64,000 nt of DNA, from positions 3,983 through 67,982 of the forward strand of contig VGUP01000002.1 of the NCBI GenBank assembly GCA_016874175.1, given 5' to 3'. Source of the DNA: Gammaproteobacteria bacterium (GTDB lineage Bacteria; Pseudomonadota; Gammaproteobacteria; Steroidobacterales; Steroidobacteraceae). Positions 1-10,573 of the stretch are shown here, one piece after another; position 1 is the first letter of the stretch, and each line of letters opens with the position of its first letter. Below the pieces are notes generated by a model. The model searched no databases, was not told the origin of the DNA, and saw nothing but the letters and a program-made list of their open reading frames with translations. The position numbers and the translations under genes are program-made.

Positions 1-537
1 GCGACCGTTGTCGCTCAGCCAGGCATCGTCACGCAGCGTGACCGTACCCGCAGTCATTTCATAGGTGATGCTGCCGGCGCGGCCACGCGCGTTCCCGCCA
101 TCGCGCAATTTTTGTTCGAACTCGGCCTGTTTGCCGCGGATGGTGGCGCGCACGATCTGATTGCGCGCAAAGACCACGGTGGCCTCGTCGGAGCGCAGTT
201 CCCCGCCATCGACCAGCACGCGCACCATGCCGCTGAAAGTCCAGGTGGAATCATTAAAGTCGAGACCCGTGGCTCGCGCCCGTTGTGCCGCGACGCGGAC
301 GTTGCCCTGGGTGATCACCACATCGCGGAATAGCAGGGTGTTGCTGCGGTAATCGACTTCGGAGGATGCGGCATCGAGCGTGATGTCGCCGTTGTCGGCG
401 TGACTGCTTGCCGGCCAGCTGGCGAGCAGCAGCGCTGCGCCGAGCACCACCCAGGCCGCGGCTTGCCACCGCAACATGCGGCAGAGCCGCAACATTTGGC
501 GGTAGCGGTAAACAAGTTGGATGATCTGCGGCCTCAC
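1..537 (-). CDS. lptA: LPS export periplasmic protein LptA (3' end runs off the window)
   Basis: Not in the ORF track; translated by hand from GTG at 537, which overlaps the lptC stop. Signal peptide (..LLLASWPASSHA/D) then an OstA-like beta-jellyroll sequence (DITLDAASSEVDYRSNTLLFRDVVITQG..WTFSGMVRV..ARGRAGSITYE..VTLRDDAWL). Lies directly after lptC. Confidence 0.85.
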   Translation of the reverse strand, partial: MRPQIIQLVYRYRQMLRLCRMLRWQAAAWVVLGAALLLASWPASSHADNGDITLDAASSEVDYRSNTLLFRDVVITQGNVRVAAQRARATGLDFNDSTWTFSGMVRVLVDGGELRSDEATVVFARNQIVRATIRGKQAEFEQKLRDGGNARGRAGSITYEMTAGTVTLRDDAWLSDNGR

Positions 538-1103
538 GGTGTGAAGCGTCCGCGGATGGTCGACTGCAGGCGCACTTGTCCGGTGCGCAGGTTGGCTTCG
601 AGGCCGGTGGCCACGAGCTCGTGACCCTGCAGAGAAACTTTGACGGCGCCCGGTGCGCGCACCCGTGACGACTCGAGATCGTATTGCAGTCGAGCTGTCA
701 CCAGCTGCAAGCCGCCATTGCGCAGTGCTTTGCTCTCGGTGCTGACCGTCACGCCGCCCGAAAGATCAAGTCGTCGTGCATCAGCGGAGAGCAGGCCCTC
801 GGGTGCGCGCACCTGCCAAGGCGCGCCGTCGCGGGCGCCGGTCTCGAAGCGCAGTGCCTGCAAGCTGACTTTGAGCGACTGCGGGTCTTGTTCGAGGCGC
901 TCGGCTTCGAGCCGGTAGCGCGGCAAGCCATCGGCACCCATTTGCACGATGACGGCATCGGTCGCCGAATAGCCCGGATCACGCTCGCCCGCGGGCAAGC
1001 GTGTGGTCGCATCCGGCGTCGCCGGGCTGCAGGCGGCGAGCAGCGTCGCCAGCATCAAGCCCAGCAAAATGTTTGACGACGGGATTTTCGGCGCGAGGCG
1101 CAT
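534..1103 (-). CDS. lptC: LPS export ABC transporter periplasmic protein LptC
   Basis: 189 aa with an LptC-like pattern (YRLEAERLEQ..WQVRAPEG..LDLSGGV..LVTARLQYD..GLEANL..VRLQSTIRG); between kdsD and lptA. Confidence 0.85.
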   Translation of the reverse strand: MRLAPKIPSSNILLGLMLATLLAACSPATPDATTRLPAGERDPGYSATDAVIVQMGADGLPRYRLEAERLEQDPQSLKVSLQALRFETGARDGAPWQVRAPEGLLSADARRLDLSGGVTVSTESKALRNGGLQLVTARLQYDLESSRVRAPGAVKVSLQGHELVATGLEANLRTGQVRLQSTIRGRFTP

Positions 1104-1118
1104 GCGCGAATCATCCGC

Positions 1119-2141
1119 TCACAGCACGCCACTGCGCAGCAGATCGTGCACATTGAGTGCGCCAACGAGCATGCCATGCTCGTCGACCACCGGCAGCGAG
1201 GTGATGCGGTGGGTTTCCATGAGATGCACGGCCTCGGCGGCGAGTTCGCCCGGTCCGATGCTCTTGCAGGGATGCGTCATCACCTCGCGAATGCGCGCGC
1301 CGTGAATGTCGACGCGGCGATCGAGCGAACGTCGCAAATCACCATCGGTGTATACGCCGATGGCGTGACCCGCAGCATCGACCACTACCGTCATGCCGAG
1401 ACCCTTGCTGGAGATTTCGAGCAGCCCGTCGGCGAGTGCGGTGTCGGGCCCCACGCGCGGTACGGCGGCGCCGCTGCGCATGACATCTTTGACGCGCAGC
1501 AGCAGGCGGCGACCGAGCGCACCACCCGGATGCGAACGCGCAAAATCTTCGGCGGTGAAGCCGCGCGCTTCGAGCAGCGCGACCGCGAGCGCATCACCCA
1601 TGGCGAGGGCTGCGGTGGTACTGGCGGTGGGCGCGAGGTTGAGCGGGCAAGCCTCTTCGGCAACGCCCACATCGAGATGCACTCGCGCTTCGCGCGCGAG
1701 CGTTGATTGTGGATTGCCGGTCAGCGCGATCAGCGGCAGGCCGAGCCGGGTGATCGAAGCGAGCAGGGTGAGCAGTTCAGGCGTTTCGCCGGAGTTCGAG
1801 AGCGCGAGCACCACGTCGTCGCGGGTGATCATGCCGAGATCGCCGTGACTGGCTTCGGCGGGATGCAGAAAGAACGCCGGCGTACCGGTGCTCGCCAGGG
1901 TCGCCGCGATCTTGCCGCCGACGTGACCCGACTTGCCCATGCCGGTGACGACCACACGACCGCGGCAATCGAGACACAGCTGGCAGGCCGCGGCAAAGCC
2001 CTCGTCGATGCGTGCCTCGAGCGCCGCGAGCCCGCGGATTTCGATGCTCAGGGCGCGGCGCCCGGCGGCGATCAGCCGCGGCGCCGCCACTGTCGAGCCG
2101 ACTTGAGCGGCCGATTCGGCCGGGTGCGCAGGAGTCTTCAT
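1119..2141 (-). CDS. kdsD: Arabinose-5-phosphate isomerase (KpsF/GutQ family, SIS + CBS domains)
   Basis: GMGKSGH, HPAEASHGDLG, EACPLNLAPTAST and HPGGALG motifs; two C-terminal CBS domains. Confidence 0.95.
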   Translation of the reverse strand: MKTPAHPAESAAQVGSTVAAPRLIAAGRRALSIEIRGLAALEARIDEGFAAACQLCLDCRGRVVVTGMGKSGHVGGKIAATLASTGTPAFFLHPAEASHGDLGMITRDDVVLALSNSGETPELLTLLASITRLGLPLIALTGNPQSTLAREARVHLDVGVAEEACPLNLAPTASTTAALAMGDALAVALLEARGFTAEDFARSHPGGALGRRLLLRVKDVMRSGAAVPRVGPDTALADGLLEISSKGLGMTVVVDAAGHAIGVYTDGDLRRSLDRRVDIHGARIREVMTHPCKSIGPGELAAEAVHLMETHRITSLPVVDEHGMLVGALNVHDLLRSGVL

Positions 2142-2165
2142 GAGGTGGCATCATAGCGCCCCTGC

Positions 2166-3661
<1,496 letters not shown>

Positions 3662-3703
3662 GCGGGCCCGCGTGAGCAGCGCGGTCTGCGCAGGCTCGCC
3701 TGG

Positions 3704-4930
3704 TCAGCGTGGTCTGACTTGCTGCGGCGCCTCGTCGACCCGCACCCGCGCAGTGCCGCGCTCGCTGCCGCGCTGCACCTCGATGGCCAAGGTTTGTCCG
3801 GGTGAGGTGTCGGCGATCCGCAGTTGTACTTCGCGTGAACTGCGCGTCGTCTGGTCGTCGATCTTGAGAATGATGTCGCCGGGCAGCAGGCCCGCCTGCT
3901 GCGCCGGGCTGCCGCCGGCAATGCGCTTGATACGCGTCACGGCGCCATCGAAGCCCGCCGTCTTGGCGACTTCCGCGTCGATGGTTTCGATGCCGACGCC
4001 GATCCAGCCGCGCAGCACTTTGCCGCGCGTGACGATTTCATTGACGACACCGCGCACCAAATTGACCGGGATCGCGAAGCCGATGCCCTCGACGCCAAGA
4101 CTTTTGGCGATGATCGCCGTGTTCACGCCAATCAATTCACCACGCGTATTGATCAGCGCACCACCGGAATTCCCCGGATTGATGGGCGCATCGGTCTGGA
4201 TGAAATTTTCGAAGGTGGCGATGCCGAGCTGATCGCGGCCGGTGGCGCTGACGATGCCCTGCGTCACGGTCTGCGCGAGGCCGATGGGGTTGCCGATGGC
4301 GAGCACCACATCACCGACGTTGAGCAGATCCGAGCGCCCGAGCCGGATGGCAGGCAAATTGGGCAGGTCGATCTTCAGCAGCGCGAGGTCGGTGTCGGGG
4401 TCGCGCCCGATGATCTCCGCCTGCGCGGAGCGACCGTCGGCGAGTTGCACGCGAATAGTGGTCGCATTGTCTATGACGTGATGGTTGGTGACGATTTGGC
4501 CGGAGTCATCGAGGATGACCCCCGAGCCCAGCGACTGCTCGGTCCGCCGGCGGTAGCGCGGCGCGAATTCACCGAACGGATCATCGAGGAAACTGCGCAG
4601 CACGCGCTCCGTCGCCACCCGCGTGACATACAGGTTGACCACGGCCGGCGCAGCGATTTTCACGGCGCTCGCATAACTCGCGGCACCGCCGTCGCGGACG
4701 ACGGGCGGCGCCACGATGGCGGGCGAGGCCGCGCCGTCTACGGTCGGTACCGGCCCTGCGGGCTCGTCGGCAGCCGGCGAGTCGCTGGTCGGCGACGGTG
4801 CGCTGGCGGTGAGTTCTGCAAGAATCTCCGGTCGCCACAGGTACAAACCCGCCACCGCCAGAAAGGCGAGCGCGAGTCCGCCCACCAGCGACCCGCTCAG
4901 GAAGATGACTGCTTTTTTCCACCCGCTCAT
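3704..4930 (-). CDS. degS: HtrA-family serine protease with one PDZ domain (DegS/AlgW-like)
   Basis: N-terminal TM helix; triad TNHHV / DTDLA / GNSGG; single PDZ. Start placed at ATG 4930 (MSGWKK) after a GAGGA RBS. Confidence 0.85.
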   Translation of the reverse strand: MSGWKKAVIFLSGSLVGGLALAFLAVAGLYLWRPEILAELTASAPSPTSDSPAADEPAGPVPTVDGAASPAIVAPPVVRDGGAASYASAVKIAAPAVVNLYVTRVATERVLRSFLDDPFGEFAPRYRRRTEQSLGSGVILDDSGQIVTNHHVIDNATTIRVQLADGRSAQAEIIGRDPDTDLALLKIDLPNLPAIRLGRSDLLNVGDVVLAIGNPIGLAQTVTQGIVSATGRDQLGIATFENFIQTDAPINPGNSGGALINTRGELIGVNTAIIAKSLGVEGIGFAIPVNLVRGVVNEIVTRGKVLRGWIGVGIETIDAEVAKTAGFDGAVTRIKRIAGGSPAQQAGLLPGDIILKIDDQTTRSSREVQLRIADTSPGQTLAIEVQRGSERGTARVRVDEAPQQVRPR

Positions 4931-4977
4931 CTGGTCCTCGCTGGCACAGCCCGCGGCTCCACAGGAGCACTCGCGTG

Positions 4978-4983
4978 TATAAT
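4978..4983 (+). promoter_or_regulatory. Consensus -10 element (TATAAT) in the degS/petA divergent spacer
   Basis: TATAAT followed by GC-rich GCCGGGC; CATTAT on the opposite strand overlaps it. No clear -35. Confidence 0.5.
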
Positions 4984-5045
4984 GCCGGGCTTCCACGCAC
5001 AACGGATAGCACCCCGACGGAGTGGTCGGGCCGGGAGACTATGGC

Positions 5046-5660
5046 ATGAGCGACCAGAACGCTACCCCCGATGACGCCGACCTCAGTCGGCGCAAATTTC
5101 TGACGGTGGCAACGGCGGGGACCGGTGCGGTCGGTGCCGCATTTACTTTGGTGCCCTTCATCGCTTCCTGGAAGCCCTCCGAACGCGCTCGCGCGCTCGG
5201 AGCGCCGCTCGAGATCGATGTCTCGAAGCTCGAACCCGGCCAAATGATCACCAAGAGCTGGCGCAAGCAGCCGATCTACGTCGTACGCCGTACGCCAGAG
5301 GCCCTCGCCAAACTCGGCGGTCATGACGGCAGCCTCAAAGATCCGAAGTCCGAGGCCTCAGACCAGCCCGCGTACGCCAAGAACGATGCGCGCTCGCTGA
5401 AGCCCGAGGTGCTGGTGCTCTATGCGGCGTGCACCCACCTTGGCTGCCTGCCCAAGCAGTTTTTCACCGTCGCCGATCCGGCGATGGGCGCCGACTGGCC
5501 GGGCGGTTTCTTTTGTCCCTGTCACGGTTCGCGCTTCGATCTCGCGGGTCGCGTCTTCAATGGCTCGCCGGCTTCGGCCAACTTGCGCGTGCCGCCCCAC
5601 AAGTTCGAGTCCGACTCGATGCTCGTCATCGGCGTCGATGCCACCCAAGGAGCTGCCTGA
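5046..5660 (+). CDS. petA: Cytochrome bc1 Rieske iron-sulfur subunit
   Basis: Tat motif SRRKFL; CTHLGC and CPCHGS Rieske boxes. Confidence 0.97.
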   Translation: MSDQNATPDDADLSRRKFLTVATAGTGAVGAAFTLVPFIASWKPSERARALGAPLEIDVSKLEPGQMITKSWRKQPIYVVRRTPEALAKLGGHDGSLKDPKSEASDQPAYAKNDARSLKPEVLVLYAACTHLGCLPKQFFTVADPAMGADWPGGFFCPCHGSRFDLAGRVFNGSPASANLRVPPHKFESDSMLVIGVDATQGAA

Positions 5661-6907
5661 TGGCCGCCTCGACCGATACCACCGCCGGCAAGACCGGCTT
5701 CCGTGCCTGGCTGAACAAGCGTCTGCCGGTCGACGAGTTCGTCGACTCGCAGCTGATCGGCTACTTCGCACCCAAGAACTTCAATCTTTGGTATTTCTTT
5801 GGTTCGCTGGCGCTGCTGGTGTTCGTCATCCAGATCCTGTCGGGCATCTTCCTTACGATGCACTACAAGCCGAGCGAGCTCATGGCCTTCGACTCGGTCG
5901 AATACATCATGCGCGAGGTCGAATGGGGCTGGCTGATCCGCTACCTGCACTCGACCGGCGCGTCGTTCTTTTTCATCGTCGTCTATCTGCACATGTTCCG
6001 TGCGCTGATGTACGGCTCTTACCGTGCGCCGCGCGAACTGTTGTGGATACTCGGCATGCTGCTCTACCTCGCGCTGATGGCCGAAGCCTTCATGGGTTAC
6101 GTGCTGCCTTGGGGCAACATGTCCTACTGGGGTGCGCAGGTGATCGTGAATCTCTTCGGCACCATCCCGGTCATCGGTCCGGGGATCGTCGAATGGATTC
6201 GCGGTGACTACGGCATCGCCGACTCGACGCTGAACCGTTTCTTCGCCTTGCACGTCATCGCCGTGCCGTTCGCGATCGCGTTCCTGATCCCCATGCACCT
6301 CGTGGCGCTGCGGCAGACGGGTTCCAACAACCCGGACGGCATCGAGATCAAAGCCAAGACGGGCACCGATGGCAAGCCGCTCGACGGTATCCCGTTCCAT
6401 CCGTACTACACCGTCAAAGATATCTTCGGTGTGGGCGTGTTCCTGTTGTTCTTCTGCGGCGTGATCTTCTTCGTGCCGACGTTCGGTGGTCTGTTCCTCG
6501 AGAAGCCGAACTTCGAGCCTGCGAATGCGCTGTCGACGCCCGAGCACATCGCGCCGGTGTGGTACTTCACCGCGTTCTACGCGATGTTGCGTGCGGTACC
6601 TGATCAGCAGATGGGTGCCTTGCTCATGCTGCTCGCAATTGTGGTGCTGTTCTTCCCGCCCTGGCTCGACCGCTCGCCAGTGAAGTCGATCCGCTACAAG
6701 GGCTGGATTTCGAAGGTGGCACTCGCGCTGTTTGTGGTGGCGTTTGTGGCGCTGAGCTACCTCGGCCTGCAGCCGGCGGATGGGCTCTACGTCATTCTCG
6801 CCCGCATCTTCACTGCGGTTTACTTCGCGTTCTTCATCCTCATGCCGTGGTACACGAGCATCGAGAAGTGCAAGCCTGCTCCGGAGAGGGTTTCGTACCA
6901 TGCGTAA
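5660..6907 (+). CDS. petB: Cytochrome b of the bc1 complex
   Basis: WLIRYLHSTGAS, YLHMFR, GYVLPWGNMSYWG, RFFALH, Qo motif PVWY; ATG overlaps the petA stop. Confidence 0.97.
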   Translation: MAASTDTTAGKTGFRAWLNKRLPVDEFVDSQLIGYFAPKNFNLWYFFGSLALLVFVIQILSGIFLTMHYKPSELMAFDSVEYIMREVEWGWLIRYLHSTGASFFFIVVYLHMFRALMYGSYRAPRELLWILGMLLYLALMAEAFMGYVLPWGNMSYWGAQVIVNLFGTIPVIGPGIVEWIRGDYGIADSTLNRFFALHVIAVPFAIAFLIPMHLVALRQTGSNNPDGIEIKAKTGTDGKPLDGIPFHPYYTVKDIFGVGVFLLFFCGVIFFVPTFGGLFLEKPNFEPANALSTPEHIAPVWYFTAFYAMLRAVPDQQMGALLMLLAIVVLFFPPWLDRSPVKSIRYKGWISKVALALFVVAFVALSYLGLQPADGLYVILARIFTAVYFAFFILMPWYTSIEKCKPAPERVSYHA

Positions 6908-7673
6908 GTCCGTTGTCATCGCCGCCCTCGGGCTCACGCTTGCGTTGACGAGCTCGCTCGGCTTCGCGGCCGCTGCCGGTCCGCACGCCGCCTGGATGGA
7001 CTGGAAGCCGGGTAACGACGTCAGCAACGTCGCGTCGCTGCAGCGTGGCGCGGCCAACTTCATGGGCTACTGCGCCGGTTGCCACTCGCTCAAGTACAAC
7101 CGCTACTCGCGCGTCGCCGCCGATCTCAACATTCCGGAGGAGCAGATGGAAAAACTGCTGCTGTTGCCGGGTGCCAAGAAGGGCGACTACATGATCTCGC
7201 CGATGCAGGCCGTCGATGGCGAGGCTTGGTTCGGCAAGGCGCCGCCCGATCTCTCGCTGATCACGCGCGCCAAGGGTTCGGAGTACGTCTTCCAATTTTT
7301 GAAGACGTTCTACGTCGATCCGCAGCACCCGAATGGCACCAACAATCTCGCGCTGCCCGGTACGGCCATGCCGCACGTGTTGTCGGCGCTGCAGGGCCTG
7401 CAGGAAGCCAAGTTCGAGACCATCGAGAAAACCGTCGACGGCGCCAAGGTCAGCGAATCGCACTGGCAGTCGTTCGAACTCGCTGCGCCGGGGCAACTCT
7501 CGGCCGAAGAGTACGACGCGTTCCTGCGCGATACGGTCAACTTCCTCGAGTACGCGGGCGAGCCCCAGAAGGCCAAGCGGCAAGGGCTCGGCGTGTGGGT
7601 GATCCTGTTCCTGCTCGTGTTCACGGGCTTCGCGTATCTGCTCAAGCTCGAATACTGGAAGGACGTCAAATAA
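6900..7673 (+). CDS. petC: Cytochrome c1
   Basis: Signal peptide, CAGCH heme motif, PPDLSL, AMPHVL, C-terminal TM ending EYWKDVK. Confidence 0.96.
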   Translation: MRKSVVIAALGLTLALTSSLGFAAAAGPHAAWMDWKPGNDVSNVASLQRGAANFMGYCAGCHSLKYNRYSRVAADLNIPEEQMEKLLLLPGAKKGDYMISPMQAVDGEAWFGKAPPDLSLITRAKGSEYVFQFLKTFYVDPQHPNGTNNLALPGTAMPHVLSALQGLQEAKFETIEKTVDGAKVSESHWQSFELAAPGQLSAEEYDAFLRDTVNFLEYAGEPQKAKRQGLGVWVILFLLVFTGFAYLLKLEYWKDVK

Positions 7674-7675
7674 GC

Positions 7676-8143
7676 TTGAGCGCCAGCCGCATTCCACGAC
7701 GCCCGTATTTGCTACGGGCGATGCATCAGTGGATGACGGAGAGCGGGCTCACGCCGCACTTGATCGTCGATGCCGCGCAAGAGGGTGTCGAGGTGCCGCG
7801 TGAGCACATCCGCGAGGGGCGTATCGTGCTCAACGTCAGTTATGACGCGACGCGCCATCTCGATCTCGGCAACGACTGGGTAATCTTTGAGGCGCGATTC
7901 GGTGGCGTGCCGCGCCAGCTGCGCTTTCCGAACGCGGCAGTGCTCAGCATCTATGCGCGCGAGACGGGCGAGGGGCTGATGTTCCCGGCCGAAGACGACG
8001 CGCCGCCACCCGCCCCGCCATCACCCACCGATCCTGCACCCGGGCCGCTCGTTCCCGATCGCGGTTTGCCGAGCGGCGGCGCCGGAGCAGCGCCTGCGGC
8101 GGGCGCGCGGCCGAAGCGTCCGAGCCTCAAAGTTGTCAAATAA
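7676..8143 (+). CDS. sspB: ClpXP adaptor SspB
   Basis: RPYLLRAMHQW...TPHLIVDA...IVLNVS...ARFGG...IYARETGEG and C-terminal RPSLKVVK (ClpX-binding tail). TTG start 2 nt after the petC stop. Confidence 0.93.
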   Translation: MSASRIPRRPYLLRAMHQWMTESGLTPHLIVDAAQEGVEVPREHIREGRIVLNVSYDATRHLDLGNDWVIFEARFGGVPRQLRFPNAAVLSIYARETGEGLMFPAEDDAPPPAPPSPTDPAPGPLVPDRGLPSGGAGAAPAAGARPKRPSLKVVK

Positions 8144-8146
8144 CGA

Positions 8147-8167
8147 CGCGCCAGAGATGGTGGCGCG
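8147..8167. terminator. Hairpin between convergent sspB and yraN
   Basis: CGCGCCA-7 nt-TGGCGCG inverted repeat; no strong U tract. Confidence 0.35.
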
Positions 8168-8190
8168 GCAAAGATAACAGTTCGTTCCCG

Positions 8191-8625
8191 TCAGCCTGGC
8201 GCCTCAAAGGCGTGTCGCAGCCAACCGACATCCCAAGCGGGGGAGCCGTCGGTCGCCAGCGTAGGCGACAGCGCGATGACGTCGAAGCGCACCGGGTGGC
8301 GCGCGAGATCGCCTCGTTGCTGCAGCAATTGTCTGGCCGCGTGAATCACCCGGCGTTGCTTGCAGCGGTTGACGCTGGCAGCGCCGCCACCGTGACGGGT
8401 AGTTGAACGCAAGCGCACTTCGACGATCAGCACCACGCTGCGATGCAGGGCGACGATATCGAGCTCGCCCCGCCGGCGTCGGTAGTTGCGCAGCACGATC
8501 GCGGCGTCCGCAGCGAGCAAATGCGCCGCAGCCAAATCTTCGGCCTCGCGGCCAAGGCATAGATGGCGAGCCGGGCGCGCCCCCGGATGGCGCGAAGCCG
8601 ATGCCGGCGGGGGCGACTCAGTCAC
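8191..8625 (-). CDS. yraN: YraN family (UPF0102) nuclease-like protein
   Basis: LGREAEDLA..L, RNYR.RRGELDIV, IVEVRLR, KQRRV..AA, RFDVI, WLRHAF. GTG start overlapping the lpoA stop; exact start uncertain. Confidence 0.9.
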   Translation of the reverse strand: MTESPPPASASRHPGARPARHLCLGREAEDLAAAHLLAADAAIVLRNYRRRRGELDIVALHRSVVLIVEVRLRSTTRHGGGAASVNRCKQRRVIHAARQLLQQRGDLARHPVRFDVIALSPTLATDGSPAWDVGWLRHAFEAPG

Positions 8626-10573
8626 CGCCGCTCTGCGTGCGGGCATCGGCATCGAGCAGCCGCAATCCGCTCGCGCCGATCTCGGCCCAGCGCAGGCTGC
8701 GTTGGACACGGCCCGCAGCATCGATCGACAACTGGCCGGTCGCCCCGACGAGCGGCGCCTCGACGGTCGGTGTTTTCCCCGCGCGTAGCGCGGACTGCAG
8801 CAGCCAGGCATCGTGGCCGAAGGCAAACAGACGACCGCGACCGTTACTGTCACCGAACGCGGCGCTGGTGTCGGCGCGCAGCGCGGCGACCGCCGGCGCC
8901 TCGGCGGCGAGCGACCAATCCATGTCGGGAAAAATCAGCCCGGCAAGTTCGGCGCCTGCGCGTCCGTCCCAGGCATCGGCCGTCGCGTAAGCGGGTAGAT
9001 CGCCGCCTCCTTGGAAACGCAGCTGCGGCCGCCACTGTCGCAGCGCGGAGGCTTGACCCGGTGTGAACACGAAATCGATATCTGCCCGCCGTCGCGACTG
9101 AAAGGCGAGTGGGGTATCGAGCACGGCCTGAATGCGTCGGTGTCGCGCGATGCTGTCATCGACACGCAGCGCCGCTTGCAAGACCGGTCCCACTTCGCGG
9201 CCGCTCAAAGATTCGCTGGCGAGAATCACGCCACCGCCCGCTTCCAGGGTTTCGCGAAACGCTGCGAGCACGCGATTGCCCCAGTCACCGGCCGGCGCGA
9301 GCACCACGGCGCGACGTCGGCCTTCGGCGAGCGCGCGTTGCGCAACCGCGCGCGCTTCGTCTTCGGGCGACAGCCCGAATTGTTTGACGGTTGGCGGCAC
9401 CGGTTGATCCGCGGGCAAAAAATTGAGCGCCAGGATGGGTGGCGCGCCGCCCTGCGCAGCGTTGGTGGCGGCGGCGACCACCTCTTCGCGAACTAGCGGA
9501 CCGATGATGAACAACGCGCCCGCGCGCGTCGCGGCGGCCATGGCTTCGGCAACGCTTTGCCGTGCGGTGTCGTAGAAACGCACGGGTGTAAGGCTGGCTT
9601 CGGGTTCGGCGAACTGAGCTGCGAGGATGCCGTCGCGCAACTGTGCCCCGGCGCTTGCATTGCGGCCACTGAGCGGCAGCAACGCCGCAACGTGCGTCGC
9701 GCGCGGCAGCGGCTGACCCGCAGGCGCGAGCGGTGCGGCACCCGCTTCGTTGTCGCGCGCTGCGGCCGGTCGCGGATTGTTTGCCATCGCCAGCAGGGGC
9801 TGTGGGGTCGGCAGCTGGCCGATCATCGCCAACGTCGCGGCGGCCGGATGATTGGGATAGCGTTTGCGCCAGGCCGCCGTGATCCCCGCATTGGCTGCAA
9901 TCGGTGCCCGCGCGGCACGCGCCGCGAGTGGCGCGGCCTCGAGCCAGCCGCTGGCGAGCGTGTCGCGGCCCGCAAGGCGCGGATCGATCGTGACGCCGCG
10001 CTCCACGGTCGCCTGCAGCTCGGCGAGAAACCGGCGACGCAATTGCGCAACGCCGACTGGATCGGCCGCCAGCGTCTCGCGTTCCACCTGACTGCGAATG
10101 GCCTGCAGCGGCCGTTTGGTGGCGAGGGCGAGCTGCTGCCGCAGCGCATGGTAGGCATCGATGCGCGCTGGGCCGCTGGGTGCGCGCAAGGCGGCGAGTA
10201 ACTCCCAGCCGCGGGCACTGTCGCCGCGTTGCAGCGCAATTTCAGCGCCCAGCAGATCGCGATCAAAAATCTGCAGCGCATCGAGCGGGGGCAGTAATCG
10301 ACCGAGCGCCAGCGCCGCAGCATCCGGGTTGGCGGCCTGCAGCCACTCCCGGGCGGCTGGCAGCAGGGCCGCATTGGCGAGTAGTGACTCTGCGGTGGCT
10401 GCGGCGACCGCCTCGTATTCGCGCGCGGCCGCAGCGTGATCGCCGCGCTCGGCCAAGGCGGCTGCGCGTTCGACACTGGCTGTTTGCCGCGTGTTGGGCG
10501 CACAACTCGCCAGCGCGAGTATCAGCAGCACCAGCAGTGAGCAGCGCACCGCGATCATGGCTCTAGAGGTCAT
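8618..10573 (-). CDS. lpoA: PBP1a activator lipoprotein LpoA (LppC family)
   Basis: Lipobox LASC; W..RYPNHPAA, ALLPLSG, IIGPL, LALN, FGLSPEDEA, RLFAFGHDA, GATGQL; divergent from rsmI; GGAG RBS before ATG 10573. Confidence 0.92.
   Translation of the reverse strand: MTSRAMIAVRCSLLVLLILALASCAPNTRQTASVERAAALAERGDHAAAAREYEAVAAATAESLLANAALLPAAREWLQAANPDAAALALGRLLPPLDALQIFDRDLLGAEIALQRGDSARGWELLAALRAPSGPARIDAYHALRQQLALATKRPLQAIRSQVERETLAADPVGVAQLRRRFLAELQATVERGVTIDPRLAGRDTLASGWLEAAPLAARAARAPIAANAGITAAWRKRYPNHPAAATLAMIGQLPTPQPLLAMANNPRPAAARDNEAGAAPLAPAGQPLPRATHVAALLPLSGRNASAGAQLRDGILAAQFAEPEASLTPVRFYDTARQSVAEAMAAATRAGALFIIGPLVREEVVAAATNAAQGGAPPILALNFLPADQPVPPTVKQFGLSPEDEARAVAQRALAEGRRRAVVLAPAGDWGNRVLAAFRETLEAGGGVILASESLSGREVGPVLQAALRVDDSIARHRRIQAVLDTPLAFQSRRRADIDFVFTPGQASALRQWRPQLRFQGGGDLPAYATADAWDGRAGAELAGLIFPDMDWSLAAEAPAVAALRADTSAAFGDSNGRGRLFAFGHDAWLLQSALRAGKTPTVEAPLVGATGQLSIDAAGRVQRSLRWAEIGASGLRLLDADARTQSGGD

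Noticed and set aside
3662..3671. Palindrome GCGGGCCCGC after the murA stop
   Set aside because: Short, loopless, GC-only and without a U tract; expected by chance.
5429..5659. Long N-terminal extensions in the ORF track (petB, sspB, mraY, murG, ddl, mutT, sucC, bamD, pgeF, can)
   Set aside because: These come from upstream in-frame starts inside neighbouring genes; family homology and stop/start overlaps point to later starts. They are not fusions.
6541..6570. Cytochrome b Qo motif PVWY instead of PEWY
   Set aside because: PVWY is the known usual variant in beta- and gammaproteobacteria.
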